A DNA stretch of 64,000 bases from Octopus sinensis (Eukaryota): NCBI RefSeq assembly GCF_006345805.1, contig NW_021831838.1, positions 1-64,000 of the forward strand, written 5' to 3'. Shown in pieces: positions 1-12,883 of the stretch; positions within the stretch are counted from its first letter, which is position 1, and each line of letters begins with the position of its first letter. A program made the translations under genes and the position numbers. A model generated the notes under the pieces. It had not been told where the DNA came from, searched no databases, and saw only the letters and a program-made list of their open reading frames with translations.

Positions 1-504
1 GTGTAGTTTTATTTATCGAAAATGAGAGAAAAAGAAAGGAAAATAAAACAAAATATTGTCGTTGAAATATAATATATAACTGGAAAAAGAATAATAAGTA
101 CTTCAAAAAAAACAAACTGAAGCTAAAAGAAAAAAATATTGATGGTCTTTGTTTTCATTTTAATTATAGTTTGTTATTTAATTGTTTGAAACGATTGTTA
201 CCTCACACACGCAACATATTCGTCATATTGTAGCATTAAAAAAACAACAACAACAACAAAAGCAAAAAGCAGAAAAGACAAAACAAAAACTAACGAGACG
301 ACAAAACACAATAAAAGAAGAAGCAATCAATCAGAGCCTGTATTTCTCTTTATCCATGAGACGCCAACGGAAATTAGGGGAATTTAGGGTAGGGGAATGA
401 ATCGAGCTTTTGTTTGCCAGGAATGTGATAAAAGCGAATCCAAAGATCTAGTTTTTGGTGTTGCTATATAGCTAATGACAATGGTAATTATTTTTTAAAT
501 AGAC

Positions 505-1310
505 ACACCGACTGAAATTTTAGGAAATGTAACAGCCGTTTATATCGATCACCGATACTTGACAAGCATTTATTTTATTGATCCTGGAGAGATGAAAATG
601 AAAGTTGACTCGGCGGGATTTGAACTCAGAACTTGAACAACCATTACTTAATACCGCAAACCATATTTGCGTGACGCTCTAAGGATTCTTCCTTTTCCCT
701 GCTCTACTAATAACAATAATAATGTTTTCTGATTTAAGCGCAATGCCAGCAATTTTGAGAGGAGAGAGCTAGTCGATAGCACTGGCCTCAGTATTTCACT
801 GGTACTTTATGATATCGACCCCCGAAATGACGAAAGGCAAAGTTGTCCTCGGAGGGATTTGAATACAGAATGTGACATGTCAAGAGAAATACCGCATGGT
901 ATTCTGTTCGACGCTGTAACGATTCTTCCAACTCACCGTCCTAAATGATAGTTTCGGATTTAGCCCAAAGTTTCAAGGAAGGGGTTAGTCGATTTCATCA
1001 AAACTCGCCAACTGGTTGGTACTTTGTTTCATCGAATCAGAAGAATGAAAGGCGAAGTTAATCTCGTTAGGATTTGAACTCAGAATGTAGCGAATCGGAA
1101 GAAATACTGTTAGGCATTTCTTCTAGCACGCTAACAATTTACCCAGTTCGCCAATTGGCTTGTAACAATAATAATACTTTCTACTATAGACACAAGGTCT
1201 GAAATTTTGGGGGAGCGTTTAGTCGATTACAGCGATTCCAGTGATCAGCTGGTACTTACTTCATCGAGCCCGAAAGGATCAAAGGCAAAGTCGGCCTCGG
1301 CGGAATACTT
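505..1310 (-). mobile_element. Cluster of four degenerate head-to-tail copies of tRNA-derived SINE family B
   Basis: Four successive reverse-complement matches to GAGTTCAAATTCCGCCGAGGTCGACTTTGCCTTTCATCCTTTCGGGGTCGAT (e.g. near 600-630, 815-870, 1035-1085, 1260-1305), with B-box GAGTTCAAATYCC on the minus strand. Confidence 0.8.
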
Positions 1311-1403
1311 GTAACAATGATTTTGTTCAGGGCTCATTATTTTAGGCATAGTAACAATAATAATAATTATTTCTTCTATGAAAGGAATGAAAGAAATGGT
1401 CAA

Positions 1404-1486
1404 GCTCTACAGCTGTTTCAAAAGGGACACTCATGCGCATTATGTAACATTACAAATGCTTCATGGGGTATTTTCTCATCGAGGAC
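1404..1486 (-). ncRNA. Degenerate hammerhead ribozyme motif with long loop II
   Basis: Minus strand: ctc-GATGA-GAAAA...CTTTT-GAAAC-AGCT-GTA^gagc; palindromic stem III ACAGCTGT; 5' core damaged; homologous to 5193-5284. Confidence 0.4.
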
Positions 1487-2224
1487 ATGCAGCTATTCTG
1501 TTGGAAATTATTTACCGTAATGAATTATGTAAAAAACAACAAAAACAAACAGAAAATTAGACTAGGTAAGTTTACATAGGTGCTTCTTACCATACTTTAA
1601 ATCTGGATTACATAATCACAGTTAAACATTTAGGTCCAAAGAAAGGCTGATAGCACATCTTTATCTATAATAATTTGGAAATTAGAAGGCCGATCGTCCA
1701 ATGTGCGAAACCCTAATACGGTTATAGCAGTAAGTGCTTAATATGCATTGCAGAGATTATGATAATCATGAACACTAAGGATAATATTATTAATAGACTC
1801 GATGGATTAATTATGAGATGTAATCATCGATTATGCAATACCCTACTCCGCTGCAAACCCTTTTCTCTATTAGGTAATACTAATTACTTCCTCTTAATTT
1901 GTAGTCACTTATAGTTTTTTTAATCTACCTAATTTTCTTTCGCCTCTAGGATTTTACTATATCTATTTAACATTATTTAATGAAATATAAATTTGCTGAT
2001 AGATATCTTACTTAGTTTTATTAACGTGTATACGGACCATTCGAGTGTACATTATTCTTCCATGTTTCTACTACGTGGCTCACGTACGTTTCGTTACAGA
2101 TAGTTAACTTACATCAATTACTTCTAATTCTCCATAGTGTCAATTTGTATATATGTCTTTCGTACATAGATCTACGTACCATCGTATGTAAGTTTACGTT
2201 ATCAATTTTCCTTCACCCATAGTT

Positions 2225-3031
2225 CGTAGTTGTGTGAGACTCTTGTTACTTGTTTTGCCTTAATTCTTACTATCTCTGTGTTTTCTTCTTTCGTTTTCCT
2301 ATACGTACAACGAGCTCTAAACGTACAGGTTATGCATTTGTATATTTGTGTTTTTGTATACATCTAACTTGTTAGCCTGTCTCTTTCCAGTTTTAATTAT
2401 GTCTTACTGTTTTTGTTTTCGGTCATTACATTCAGTTACCTTTTAGCATACGTCTGTAGGTATTTATGTTTGTATGTATTTGTGCAAGTATGCTTTTATG
2501 TTAGCATTGTATAGGTATATTCATTTGTAAATATTTATGTCTAAAAGGCAGCGAGCTGGCAGAATCGTTAGCACGCTGGGCGACATGCTTAGCGGTATTT
2601 CGTCTGCCGTTACGTTCTGAGTTCAAATTCTGTCGATGTTTACTTTGTCTTTCATCCTTTCGGGGTTGATTAAATAAGTACCAGTTACGGACTGGGGTCG
2701 AGATAATCGACTTAATCCGTTTGTCTGTTCTTGTTTGTCCTCTCTGTATTTAGCCCCTTGTGGGTAGTAAAGAAATAGGTATTTCGTCTGTTTTTATGTT
2801 CTGAGTTCAAATTCCGCCGAGGTCAACTTTGCCTTTCATCCTTTCGGGGTCCATAAATTAAGTACAAGTTGCATATTGGGGTCGATGTAATCGACTGGCC
2901 CCTTCCACCAAAATTTCGGGTCTTGTGATTACAGTAGAAAAGAATATTTGTGGCCAAGTGTATGTATACGTGTCTATATTTTTGTAGATATGTAGCGAGT
3001 ATATTTACACATATTCTTGCATGTATACGTA

Positions 3032-3086
<55 letters not shown>

Positions 3087-3162
3087 TGAAAAATGAATAG
3101 AAATGACTTTTCTGATAATTTTCCCACTTTAATAATTAGATGTTTACAAAAGGTACACGCAT

Positions 3163-3242
<80 letters not shown>

Positions 3243-3442
3243 CCTCTCTCTCTCTCTCGTAGTTGTGTGAGATTCTTGTTATTGTTTTGCCTTAATTCTT
3301 ACTATCTCTAACTTTTCTTGTTTCTTTTTCCTGTACGTCCAGCAAGCTTTAAACGTACAGATTTTGTGTGCGTATATATTTATCCTTTTGTAATTATACA
3401 TCTAATTTGTTTGCCTGTCTCTTTTCAGTTTTAATTTGTCTT
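2225..3442 (+). repeat. Pair of ~185 bp diverged direct repeats (2225-2405 and 3258-3442)
   Basis: Both begin CGTAGTTGTGTGAGAYTCTTGTTA and align through GCCTTAATTCTTACTATCTCT...AAACGTACAG...GCCTGTCTCTTTYCAGTTTTAATT. Confidence 0.75.
2545..2945 (+). mobile_element. SINE family B, dimeric form
   Basis: AAGGCAGCGAGCTGGCAGAATCGTTAGC head, B-box, body; second unit restarts after GAAATAGGTATTTCGTCTG at 2772-2790. Confidence 0.85.
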
Positions 3443-3444
3443 TT

Positions 3445-3548
3445 TTCGTTATTCGCCTTCTTTGAGTTTCCGTCTACCAAATCCACTCACAATGTTTGGG
3501 TCGGCCCGAGGCTATAGTAGAAGACGCTTGCCCAAAGTGCCACGCCAT
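3445..3548 (-). mobile_element. SINE family A, 5' fragment
   Basis: Reverse complement of GTGGCACTTTGGGCAAGCGTCTTCTACTATAGCCTCGGGCCGACCCAAACATTGTGAGTGGATTTGGTAGACGGAAACT, matching full copies at 18460 and 25932. Confidence 0.8.
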
Positions 3549-3562
3549 ATATATATATATAG

Positions 3563-3620
<58 letters not shown>

Positions 3621-3833
3621 ATGTATGTATGTATGTTGTATGTGTGTGTGTGGGTGTGTGTGTGTGTGTGGGTGGTGTGTGTTACATACATATTTATTTG
3701 TACACATATGTTATTTTAGCTAAGTGTAGGAAGTCTGTAAGCTGCGAGCAGTCTGTGGTAGACATAAAAACAACGGTCAGGAAAAATAAAATTTATTGGT
3801 GTGGGTTGTAGGCTTTTGCTATACTTTCGTCGA

Positions 3834-3970
3834 AAGTAAAGAATACGTACACCCGGTGTTTAGGGTTAGGGTTAGGGCTTAGGATTAGGATTAGGGTTAA
3901 GGTTTAGGATTAGGATTAGGGTTAAGGTTTTTGTTACTCCGAAAACGAGTGGTGTACGTATTCTTTACTT
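3834..3970. mobile_element. MITE-like element with 20-bp terminal inverted repeats enclosing degenerate (TTAGGG)n
   Basis: AAGTAAAGAATACGTACACC (3834-3853) and its perfect reverse complement (3951-3970); TTAGGG/TTAGGA/TTAAGG array at about 3860-3930. Confidence 0.65.
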
Positions 3971-4108
3971 CCCCTCGAAGTTCGATAAGCTAAAAAAAAT
4001 TTTCTGTACCTCAAGGTTAGCAACTGGAGTCGCTATGAATGTGAATGTCTTCTGCGAGTTAACTTGGGATTCCTTAATGACAACGTAACCTTCATAAACT
4101 AATGTATC

Positions 4109-4197
4109 TTGGGCCTGGTGATTAGCTAGCTGAGTACCCCTCGTTGAGTAATTATCACATCAGAGGATTTGCTGGCTACGAAACATATGTAGCCTGA
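4109..4197 (+). ncRNA. Type I hammerhead ribozyme motif with 40-nt loop II
   Basis: ttgggc-CTGGTGA-T-TAGCTAGC-(40 nt)-GCTGGCTA-C-GAAAC-ATAT-GTA^gcctga; stem I 6 bp including G-U pairs, stem II 8 bp, palindromic stem III ACATATGT; one core change (A6G). Confidence 0.65.
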
Positions 4198-4564
4198 ATT
4201 TTACCTGCTACATTCCCTCAATTTGGGTTATGTAGGTTTACTATTAATACCGATACAGACGTACATAAATTTATGTTTCTTGTAGTTTAATTTTAAAGTT
4301 AGTGTCTAACCCTGCCTATATTTGATTGAATACTTTTGTACATAGGATAAATGTGTTTGGAAGTTGTGTGTTCTGTTTTTTGGTATGTTTGATCACAAAC
4401 AGCACTTCTTTTAGTGCTGTTGATACCGCCGGATTGAATGGTACTGCAAATGTGTCGAAACCATAATGATATCCGTGGGGCAGTTGGATTGTTGGTATGG
4501 TTGTTTTTGCATATGTGGAATAGTATTATAACACATCCTTTTGACTAATATATATATTATATAT

Positions 4565-4609
<45 letters not shown>

Positions 4610-5192
4610 TATATTATATATATACATATATATACACAAACACAAACACACACACACACACACACACACACCACACACATATGATGTGTGTATACATAGA
4701 TTTACGTATATGTATGAGTATAGGTATGCTGTGAATGCATGCATTTGCGTAGTTTCTTTTCTGCATGTGGATGTTGTATGTGTATGTACATACACGTAAC
4801 TTGCTTAGTACTCTTTCCTTTTCTTTTCTCTTCTTTGGTTTTCCCCTCCTATTAGTTTTATTACTCACGTTATCTTTCCTCAGTAATAAACGTTCCATTC
4901 TTGTGCTATGGCTTCCCCTAACACGACACTTGAGGAGCAATTTCACCATATACCGAAACCATTAATCAAATCAGAATCTTCTGTAGCCGCACCATAAATT
5001 TGATCATGTGGATAATGAAATGATCTCCAAGAAATCTTACCCCAATATACTTGTTAAGGTGTATGGCACGCGATTAGCTCTTTACCAATCCCACTTTCCG
5101 CTTCATTCTTGATCCTTAAAATGCACATTTTAGCCCGTTTGTTTTTTTACATAATTCATTACAGCAAATCATTTCCAGCAGAATTGCCGCAT

Positions 5193-5284
5193 GCATCCGA
5201 CACGAAAGGACAGCAGATAGTCCTAAAACATTTTTAATGCTACATAATATGTGTCCAGTATTCCTTTTGAAACAGATGTAGTGC
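5193..5284 (+). ncRNA. Degenerate hammerhead ribozyme motif with long loop II
   Basis: gcat-CCGACACGA-AAGGA...TCCTT-TT-GAAAC-AGAT-GTA^gtgc; stems I and II pair, 5' core damaged; inverted homologue of 1378-1540. Confidence 0.45.
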
Positions 5285-6649
5285 TTGACGACTTCTTCCG
5301 TTCCTTTCATTTACAAACTCGACTGTCGCATAATAAGCAACATTCGTTGCTTTCGAATTGGAGTTATATAGCATGTTACCGGAATTTTCTGTCTACTCTC
5401 GAAATGAGACGAAGTGTATTGATTAATAAACTTTATTGGCCAGTTAGCGGTTTTTTTGTGTTTTCTATATAAGCCTTCTTTATGCTAGGTAGCAACCAAC
5501 TGTTTTTACTTCGATCAACTGAGTGATCCTACTAATATATTATATATATATGCATACACACACAGGGTGTGTGTGTGTGTGTGTGTTATGTGTAATAAAA
5601 ATAGATATTCAAGGAATCAGACAGAGCTCACAGTTACCTCTCCGTCTGGTGCGCGGCTATCAAGAAAGACCGTAGTTAAGGTTAGGGATGTAACTTCAGC
5701 GTTGTTCTGAAATTTCTGAAAACGCAATGGTGGAAAGTTTGTATAAAAGTCGATCTGATAAGAGATATGTAGCAAGAGAATAGATGATTATTCCATTTGT
5801 TGACAGCTGTTTCGTGATTTCTATTAGTTACGAAACAGCTGTCTAGTAATGAAATGCATATATGTGTGTGTTATATTTACCTTATATATCGTTTGAGTTG
5901 ATGTAGACAGTAGGCATTCACGTCAAAGTAAAATAGATACGAACAATGAAATAGCTTCAATTAGTTGTGCCAGTTAACTATAGTACATAGCTAACATCTG
6001 TTCTTTTCCTTGATGCTAAGGTATGAACGTCACAACCTTCCCTTTCTGATTTCCCTAGAAAAGAAAAAATACCCCACACTATAAAGCTAAATGGGAATAA
6101 CTGGGAATAATTTTGTCGACACCACCACCACCACCACCACCACCACCACCAACAACAATGATAATAATACTAATACTAATACTACTACTAATAATAATAC
6201 TGATAATAATGTACCACATGACCCGTTTGCGTGGTCCGTCGCAGCCAATAGGAAGTCGCTCAGCCGATAATTCCGGTGAAGCAGCAATCCTTTCTTTTAT
6301 GCAATCTATTACACGGCCGGAATTAATTGCTTAAAAGCAGACGATATGTTGTCGTAAACACGACTGCAGTCATTGAATTGGGCTTTTCGGCTAATCGCTT
6401 TGATTATGGTCTTTTATGTTGAAATCTGATTTTTGTTGGCATTGTATCGGCTGAAAAGTTGTGTGCATCTGCGGATGTGTGAGTGTGTGTGTGTGTGTGT
6501 GCGTGTGCGTGTGTGTGTAGGAGGCAGTGAAAGTTCGAATGTGTATATGTATGTGTCTGTGTGTGTTTGTGTGTGCGCGGATATCAGTGTAGGCAACAAT
6601 CTGTCTGTTTGGCATTGTGACGTTTTTGAAAGTGCGAATGAATGAATGA

Positions 6650-6683
<34 letters not shown>

Positions 6684-7046
6684 AAGCGCATATGTGTTTA
6701 TAGTCGATAATGCGAATAGCATTGTCAAATTTCGAAAGTGTGCGTATACGTGTGTGTGTGTGTGTATGTGTATGTGTATATAAGATTGCATGTATGCATA
6801 TGTATTTGTAATTGAAAAACTGAATTGCAGAGAGAGAGAGAGAAAGAGAGAGAGACTGAGTGAGAGAGACAGAGAGAGAGACAGAGAGTGAGTGAGTGAG
6901 AGAGAGAGAGAGGGAGAGAGAGAGTGAGAAAGAGGGAGAGAAAGAAAGAGAGAAAGTGATTAAGTTGGGGAGTGAGAGAGAAAAGTCGAGAAACGAAGAT
7001 TTCATAATAAAAGCGGTGTTAGTGTGTATGTGTGCGTTGTGCGCGC

Positions 7047-7095
<49 letters not shown>

Positions 7096-7111
7096 ACAGA
7101 CAGACAGACAA

Positions 7112-7148
<37 letters not shown>

Positions 7149-7279
7149 GATAGATGGATAGACAGATAGATAGATAGAGAGTGAGATAAATAGATTGAAA
7201 GACACACACACACACATATTACATATGCATATCCAGCCATCCATTTGCCATACATACATGCATACATACTTACATACAT

Positions 7280-7630
<351 letters not shown>

Positions 7631-8212
7631 GATAACTAGATAGATGAGATAATGATAGATAGCTAGAGCGATGTCTAGATAAAAAATACATAAAAATAGA
7701 AATAGGTTAGCAGTCAGAAAAACAGAGAAGGGGAGAGAAGGCCATTGAACCAAACTATACAACCCCCTTCCCTTTCGCCTTTCATGTCACGACACATCCT
7801 AATACGGGGTACGGCACCAATTTCTATGGCACACCATGCTACCACGGTGCAGCGTAACGCTTTTCCTTTACACGCAAATAAATAGACAAAAGGTGGTTCC
7901 GAACTACCACCGAACCCTTCTTCTATCCTTTTAATATCACCACCGACATTCTTGATACCTCCATCATCACCATTACACGCCACCGCTGCTGCAATCGGAT
8001 CCACCACCACCACCACCACCAACCAACAACAACAACAACAACAAACAAGACCACTATCATCGTCACTGCAACAACCACCACCACTACTGTCACCTTCTCT
8101 GTCACCACAACCGCAATTAGCACTCTCCCCAGCACGATCACTACTACCACCGCTACCATTATCATTATTATTAGAAAAGAAATCACCATTATTATTATTA
8201 TTATTATTATTA

Positions 8213-8258
<46 letters not shown>

Positions 8259-8276
8259 GTTATTATTATTATTATT

Positions 8277-8657
8277 GAGGCGGCGAGCTGGCAGAAACGT
8301 TAGCACGCCGGGCGAAATGCTTAGCGGCATTTCGTCTGTCGTTACTTTGTGAGTTGAAGTTCCGCCGAAATCGACTTTGCCTTTCATCCTTGCGGGGTCG
8401 ATAAATTAAGTACCAGTTACGCACTGGGGTCGATTTAATCGACTTAATACCTATGTCTGTCCTTGTTTGTCCCCTCTATGTTTTGCCCCTTCTAGGTAAA
8501 AGAAATAGGTATTTCTCCCGTCGCTGCGATCTGAGTTTAAATTCCGCCGAGGTCGACTTTGCCTTTGATACTTTCGGAGTATCAAAAAATTTCAAACCTT
8601 GTGCCTTTTGTTTGTCCTTGTTTGTCCCCTCTGTGTTTATCCCCTTGTGGGTAGTAA

Positions 8658-8660
<3 letters not shown>
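8277..8660 (+). mobile_element. SINE family B, dimeric form
   Basis: GAGGCGGCGAGCTGGCAGAAACGTTAGC head; restart after AGAAATAGGTATTTC near 8501-8515; sits between (ATT)n and (TAA)n tracts. Confidence 0.85.
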
Positions 8661-8696
<36 letters not shown>

Positions 8697-8759
8697 TATT
8701 ATTATTATTGTTATTATTCAATAAATGGTGGTTAGCAACGAACAGAGTGATTAGAGTAG

Positions 8760-9630
8760 AATCGATTAGATCTAGTAAGTTCGTGGCTATAGAGAAAAAT
8801 AGATTAGAATTTGCCTTAGAAACTCAGAGGACGGACTTAGGAAAGACATGGTAACTGACGTGCTTGCAGTGAGACTGGCCTTCGACAAATTCTTCAACAT
8901 GAAGCACAAATGCTGCATTGTTAGAGCTAAAGTGTTTACTTCAAGATACGGGGTTTGGGATTGTCATTTCGAGATAAACTCAAAACAGACATGGAAATGC
9001 CATTAGCCGAGCCTGTCCGAGATCGCGGGTAGCGTCGAAATCGTCCTGCATGCACTCGTCCAGTGCCCCAGCATTGCTGATTTGTGAAATTATGTCGAAC
9101 ATGTGCTATTATGTGAAGGACAGATCTTTTTATCAGCTGCGAACATTGTGAATATCGTCCCACTGGTAGTCTTTATCTCTCTGGTGGACTTAGCGAAGAG
9201 GTTGTGTGGTGGACGAAACTGAAAGAGCTGAAGACACATCTTCCTCTTTGGGCAAATCTTCGACTTCTTTGAGTTTCACTTGCAAAGGAAACTGAGGGTG
9301 AAGAGGGAAGTGCTATCTTCCAGCAAATTTAATGAAAGATGGATGGGAATGGTGAGGATAGTCCAAGCGAACGGGCTTGCTCTAAGCATACGCCTGTAGA
9401 TTGAGGGAGGAGGATGGAGAGAGGACATTTGCCTTAGTGTTCAAGGTGACCGTGGTTTTATAGCGCTTCCACGAGCAACCCTTGGAGGTTTCCTCTCTTT
9501 AGGGAAGTTGTTTTTTGTTTCACTGTTTCTATTATTTTACTGTTTACACACTTTTATTTCGATTGTGTACTTGTTTTCCGAATGTTTCTGTATCTATTTG
9601 TGATGATTAATCTTGTATCCATTTGAATAA
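8760..9630 (+). mobile_element. L1/Tx1-clade LINE, degraded ORF2 C-terminus and 3' UTR
   Basis: Frameshifted translation HGNAISRACPR..VEIVLHALVQCPSIADL*NYVEHVLL...EVVWWTKLK...FEFHLQRKLRVKREVLSSSKFNERWMGMVR; CCHC-type knuckle typical of L1/Tx1 ORF2; T-rich 3' UTR. Confidence 0.75.
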
Positions 9631-10519
9631 TATAATAACTGTAACAAAATTGATGGAACTGATTATTTTAATTTTAATATTTGATTTAGTTTCAGTGACT
9701 TCATTCTAAGTACCATCAATCTATTTCTTTTTAAAAATCAAGAGTGTTTCTACTACTTTATTCCACCCAGATCATATAGGTCAATTTTTCTTGTCTTCAA
9801 GTCTTTTCATTAAAAATATATTTTTAGTTTTATATATTTTTCTCTTTCCAAGGCGGTCTTAGCAAATTGTCTTCAATGAATACACATACCACATGGCAGT
9901 AAATTTTCCAGTTATCTTACACCTACAGCATACACTCTTCAACAAGAATTCATTTCAATACATGTATGTTTAACTCTTCTGCCGTTTGCAGCGGTATAAC
10001 ACTTTCCCAAAACAATTCTGCTTGTTTGGAAAAGAACCTGTTTATTTTTCCGAACAGAATTTTTACTATTTTTGTACAGATTGACGTAACAGCGTATAAC
10101 GTAATCAGGCAGATTCGAAGTCTGTAGTTTGGTGCTGAGTGTTTATTTCTTGTTAGTTATCAGCGTGGTTAGAGAGAGATTTAAACCCAGGTTTTAAAGA
10201 TAAAACAATATAAATGTAAATAATTAAAAAAAAATTAATGGAAATGATAAGCCAATTTTTCTCCTAGTCAACAATTGAATCTAAGCATTAGCAGACGATA
10301 CTAAACAGTGTTGCTAAGCAGCCATGTTTGAGTGTAAGCTTTATGTTTATTTATTTAGTTATTTAGTAAACTCTTTTATCGCCGAGATATTTTCACATTT
10401 GATGACGTAGGCAGTTAATCAAAGATGACAGAAAGCACTAACAACAAAAATATTTACAAAAGACCATAAATAACGATATTTTGAGGACATCGAGATGGCG
10501 TTGATGAGGTTGAGGACGA

Positions 10520-10604
10520 TGACAATGATGATGAAGATGAAGATGATGATGATGATGATGGTTATGATGAAGATAGTGATGATGATGATGATGATGATGA
10601 TGAT

Positions 10605-10640
<36 letters not shown>

Positions 10641-10655
10641 TTATGATGAAGATAG

Positions 10656-10700
<45 letters not shown>
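10520..10700 (+). repeat. (GAT)n microsatellite
   Basis: Tandem trinucleotide repeat seen directly. Confidence 0.95.
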
Positions 10701-10702
<2 letters not shown>

Positions 10703-11159
10703 GTAATGCTGCAGCTATTGATGAAGATGAGAATAAGGAAGAGGAGAATGAAAAATAAGACGGTGATAAGAACGAAGGTGATGATTTCAATTAATGATAG
10801 TGATGATAACTATGATGACTTGTTGAGGACGAATTAACGTTGTGTTTGCTGTTGATGTTGCGGATAGTGATGATGATTGATGATGATAATGATGATGAAA
10901 CGAGGACAATTGTGCTAATGATGATCGTGATGGTGGTGATAATAGCATCGATGACGGTGATGAGTAGCGCCACAATCCTCAAAATCATCACAATCATCCC
11001 GATCAACATGATAAAATTATCGTGATAATATTTCTTTTGTTTAGACATAGTGGTAAAACAATGACAAGTTTTGATTGCGGAAGTGGAGCGGGTGGTACGG
11101 TGGAATACAACATGTACCTGGAAGTGTAGAAATGAGTTGCGACATCACTGACGCCAAGT

Positions 11160-11316
11160 TGTTTCAGCCTTTGCCTTCCCTTTGGATAACACCGGTAGCG
11201 TGGAGAGAGGAGATTGGTATGCAAGTGCGACTGGTGAAATACCACAAAAAAAAAAAACCTTGCCCGGACTTGTGCCTCGGAGGTGCAATCCCATGGTCAT
11301 TCATGACCGAAAGGTT
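11160..11316 (+). repeat. Retroposon-like 3' end fragment ending in a short stem-loop
   Basis: GGACTTGTGCCTCGGAGGTGCAATCCCATGGTCATTCATGACCGAAAGG followed by a T-run; GGTCA/TGACC hairpin; family assignment from recall only. Confidence 0.4.
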
Positions 11317-11709
11317 TTTTTTTTTTTTACCCTTTTTACACATTTGCAAGAAACAGTGTAGAGTTGTGGTTATTCTGTTATATGTTTCCGTCCAATGACT
11401 GTTTCCATGCTGAAAGGATAAAACAAATGTTCAGAGTTAAGATCCTGTTGAGATCAATCTTTGCTACTATCATTGTTAAAAATTCAAGCTGTCACTACCC
11501 GTTTGTGTTTATAGTGTGGAAGTATCTTTTTTAAATGTATCTGTATGTCTTGCGCAAGGATGACACGCACATTCGTGAAGCGCTGTATATCTCTAAACAA
11601 AAAAAAAAAAAGAAGAAAGAAAAAAAGGCGTAGACGTGGCTGTGTGGTAAGAAATTTGCTTCGTAATCTCATGGCTCTGTGTTCAGTCTCACTGCGTGGT
11701 ATCTTGAAT

Positions 11710-12242
11710 GAAAGACTAAGTCGATTTCGGCAGAATTTGAACTCAGAGCGAAATGAATCATAAAAATGCCGCCAAAGATTTTATCCGACGCGCTAACGAT
11801 TCTGCCAGTTTACCACAACCACCACCTATTTCTTTACTACCCACAAGGGGATAAACACAGAGAGGACAAACAAGGAGAGACACACGGATTAAGTCGATTA
11901 TATCGACCCCAGTGCGTACATGGTACTTATTTAATCGACCCCGAAAGGATGAAGGGCAAAGTCGACCTCGGCGGAATTTGAACTCAGAACGTAGCGGCAG
12001 ACGAAATACCTATTTCTTTACTACCCACAAGGGGCTAAACACAGAGAGGACAAACAAGGACAGAGAAACGGATTAAGTAGATTACATCGACCCCAGCGCG
12101 TTACTGGTATTTAATTTATCGACCCCGAAAGGATGAAAGGCAAAGTCGACCTCGGCGGAATTTGAACTCAGAACGTAACGGCGGACGAAATAACGCTAAG
12201 CATTTTGTCCAGCGTGTAAATGACTCTGCCAGCTCGCCGTCT
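11710..12242 (-). mobile_element. SINE family B, oligomeric (about three units)
   Basis: Repeated GACCCCGAAAGGATGAA.GGCAAAGTCGACCTCGGCGGAATTTGAACTCAGAACGTA at about 11937 and 12121; junction CCTATTTCTTTACTACCCACAAGGGG at about 11825 and 12009. Confidence 0.85.
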
Positions 12243-12830
12243 TATGTTAATTCATTAATAATAATAATAATTAGATATATAACAATCATCATTATTATCG
12301 GAAGTACAAAGAAAGAGATGTTTTGGGGGCTGGGGTGCATGTGGGAGTTGAGAAGAATACTAATAAGAGTAAAGAATTGAAGTGTGGATGATAAAAGAGA
12401 ACAAAAAGTAGAATTGCTGAACGAAAACGAAAAGAAAAAAATCAAATATAAGAAGGAATAACATATGAATAGTGAAAAGATTAAAACAATTTGAAAAAAA
12501 ATAATCCAAGAATGAATGAAAAGCAGAGAAAGAATTAAAGAAAGAGAACAATGAGGAAAAACCTGACGGCAGGAAAGAAAAATAAAATAAAAGAAAGGAG
12601 GTAAAATTCGAGAAAAGAGTAGGAGAAGATAGGGGATCTACTGAAAGTGAAAGTAAAAACAACAACCACAACAAAATCCCACAGAATATATGAAAAGAGA
12701 ACGGGCTAACGAAAATAAAATAACAGAAATAATAAATTGTATCTGTGAAAGAAAGGAAGGAATACACACGGATAAAATATAAATTAGTAAAGAAGTAGAG
12801 AAGATTGAAGTAACAATTTTAATGAGAGAT

Positions 12831-12883
<53 letters not shown>

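Noticed and set aside
1686-1729. Possible short exon (GRSSNVRNPNTVIA, donor GTAAGT); also 10080-10127 (IDVTAYNVIRQIRSL*)
   Set aside because: Splice-like signals are expected by chance at this density; peptides are unrecognisable and cannot be linked into a gene model.
3860-3930. TTAGGG array as a true telomere or chromosome fusion site
   Set aside because: Only about 70 bp, degenerate, single orientation and enclosed by TIRs.
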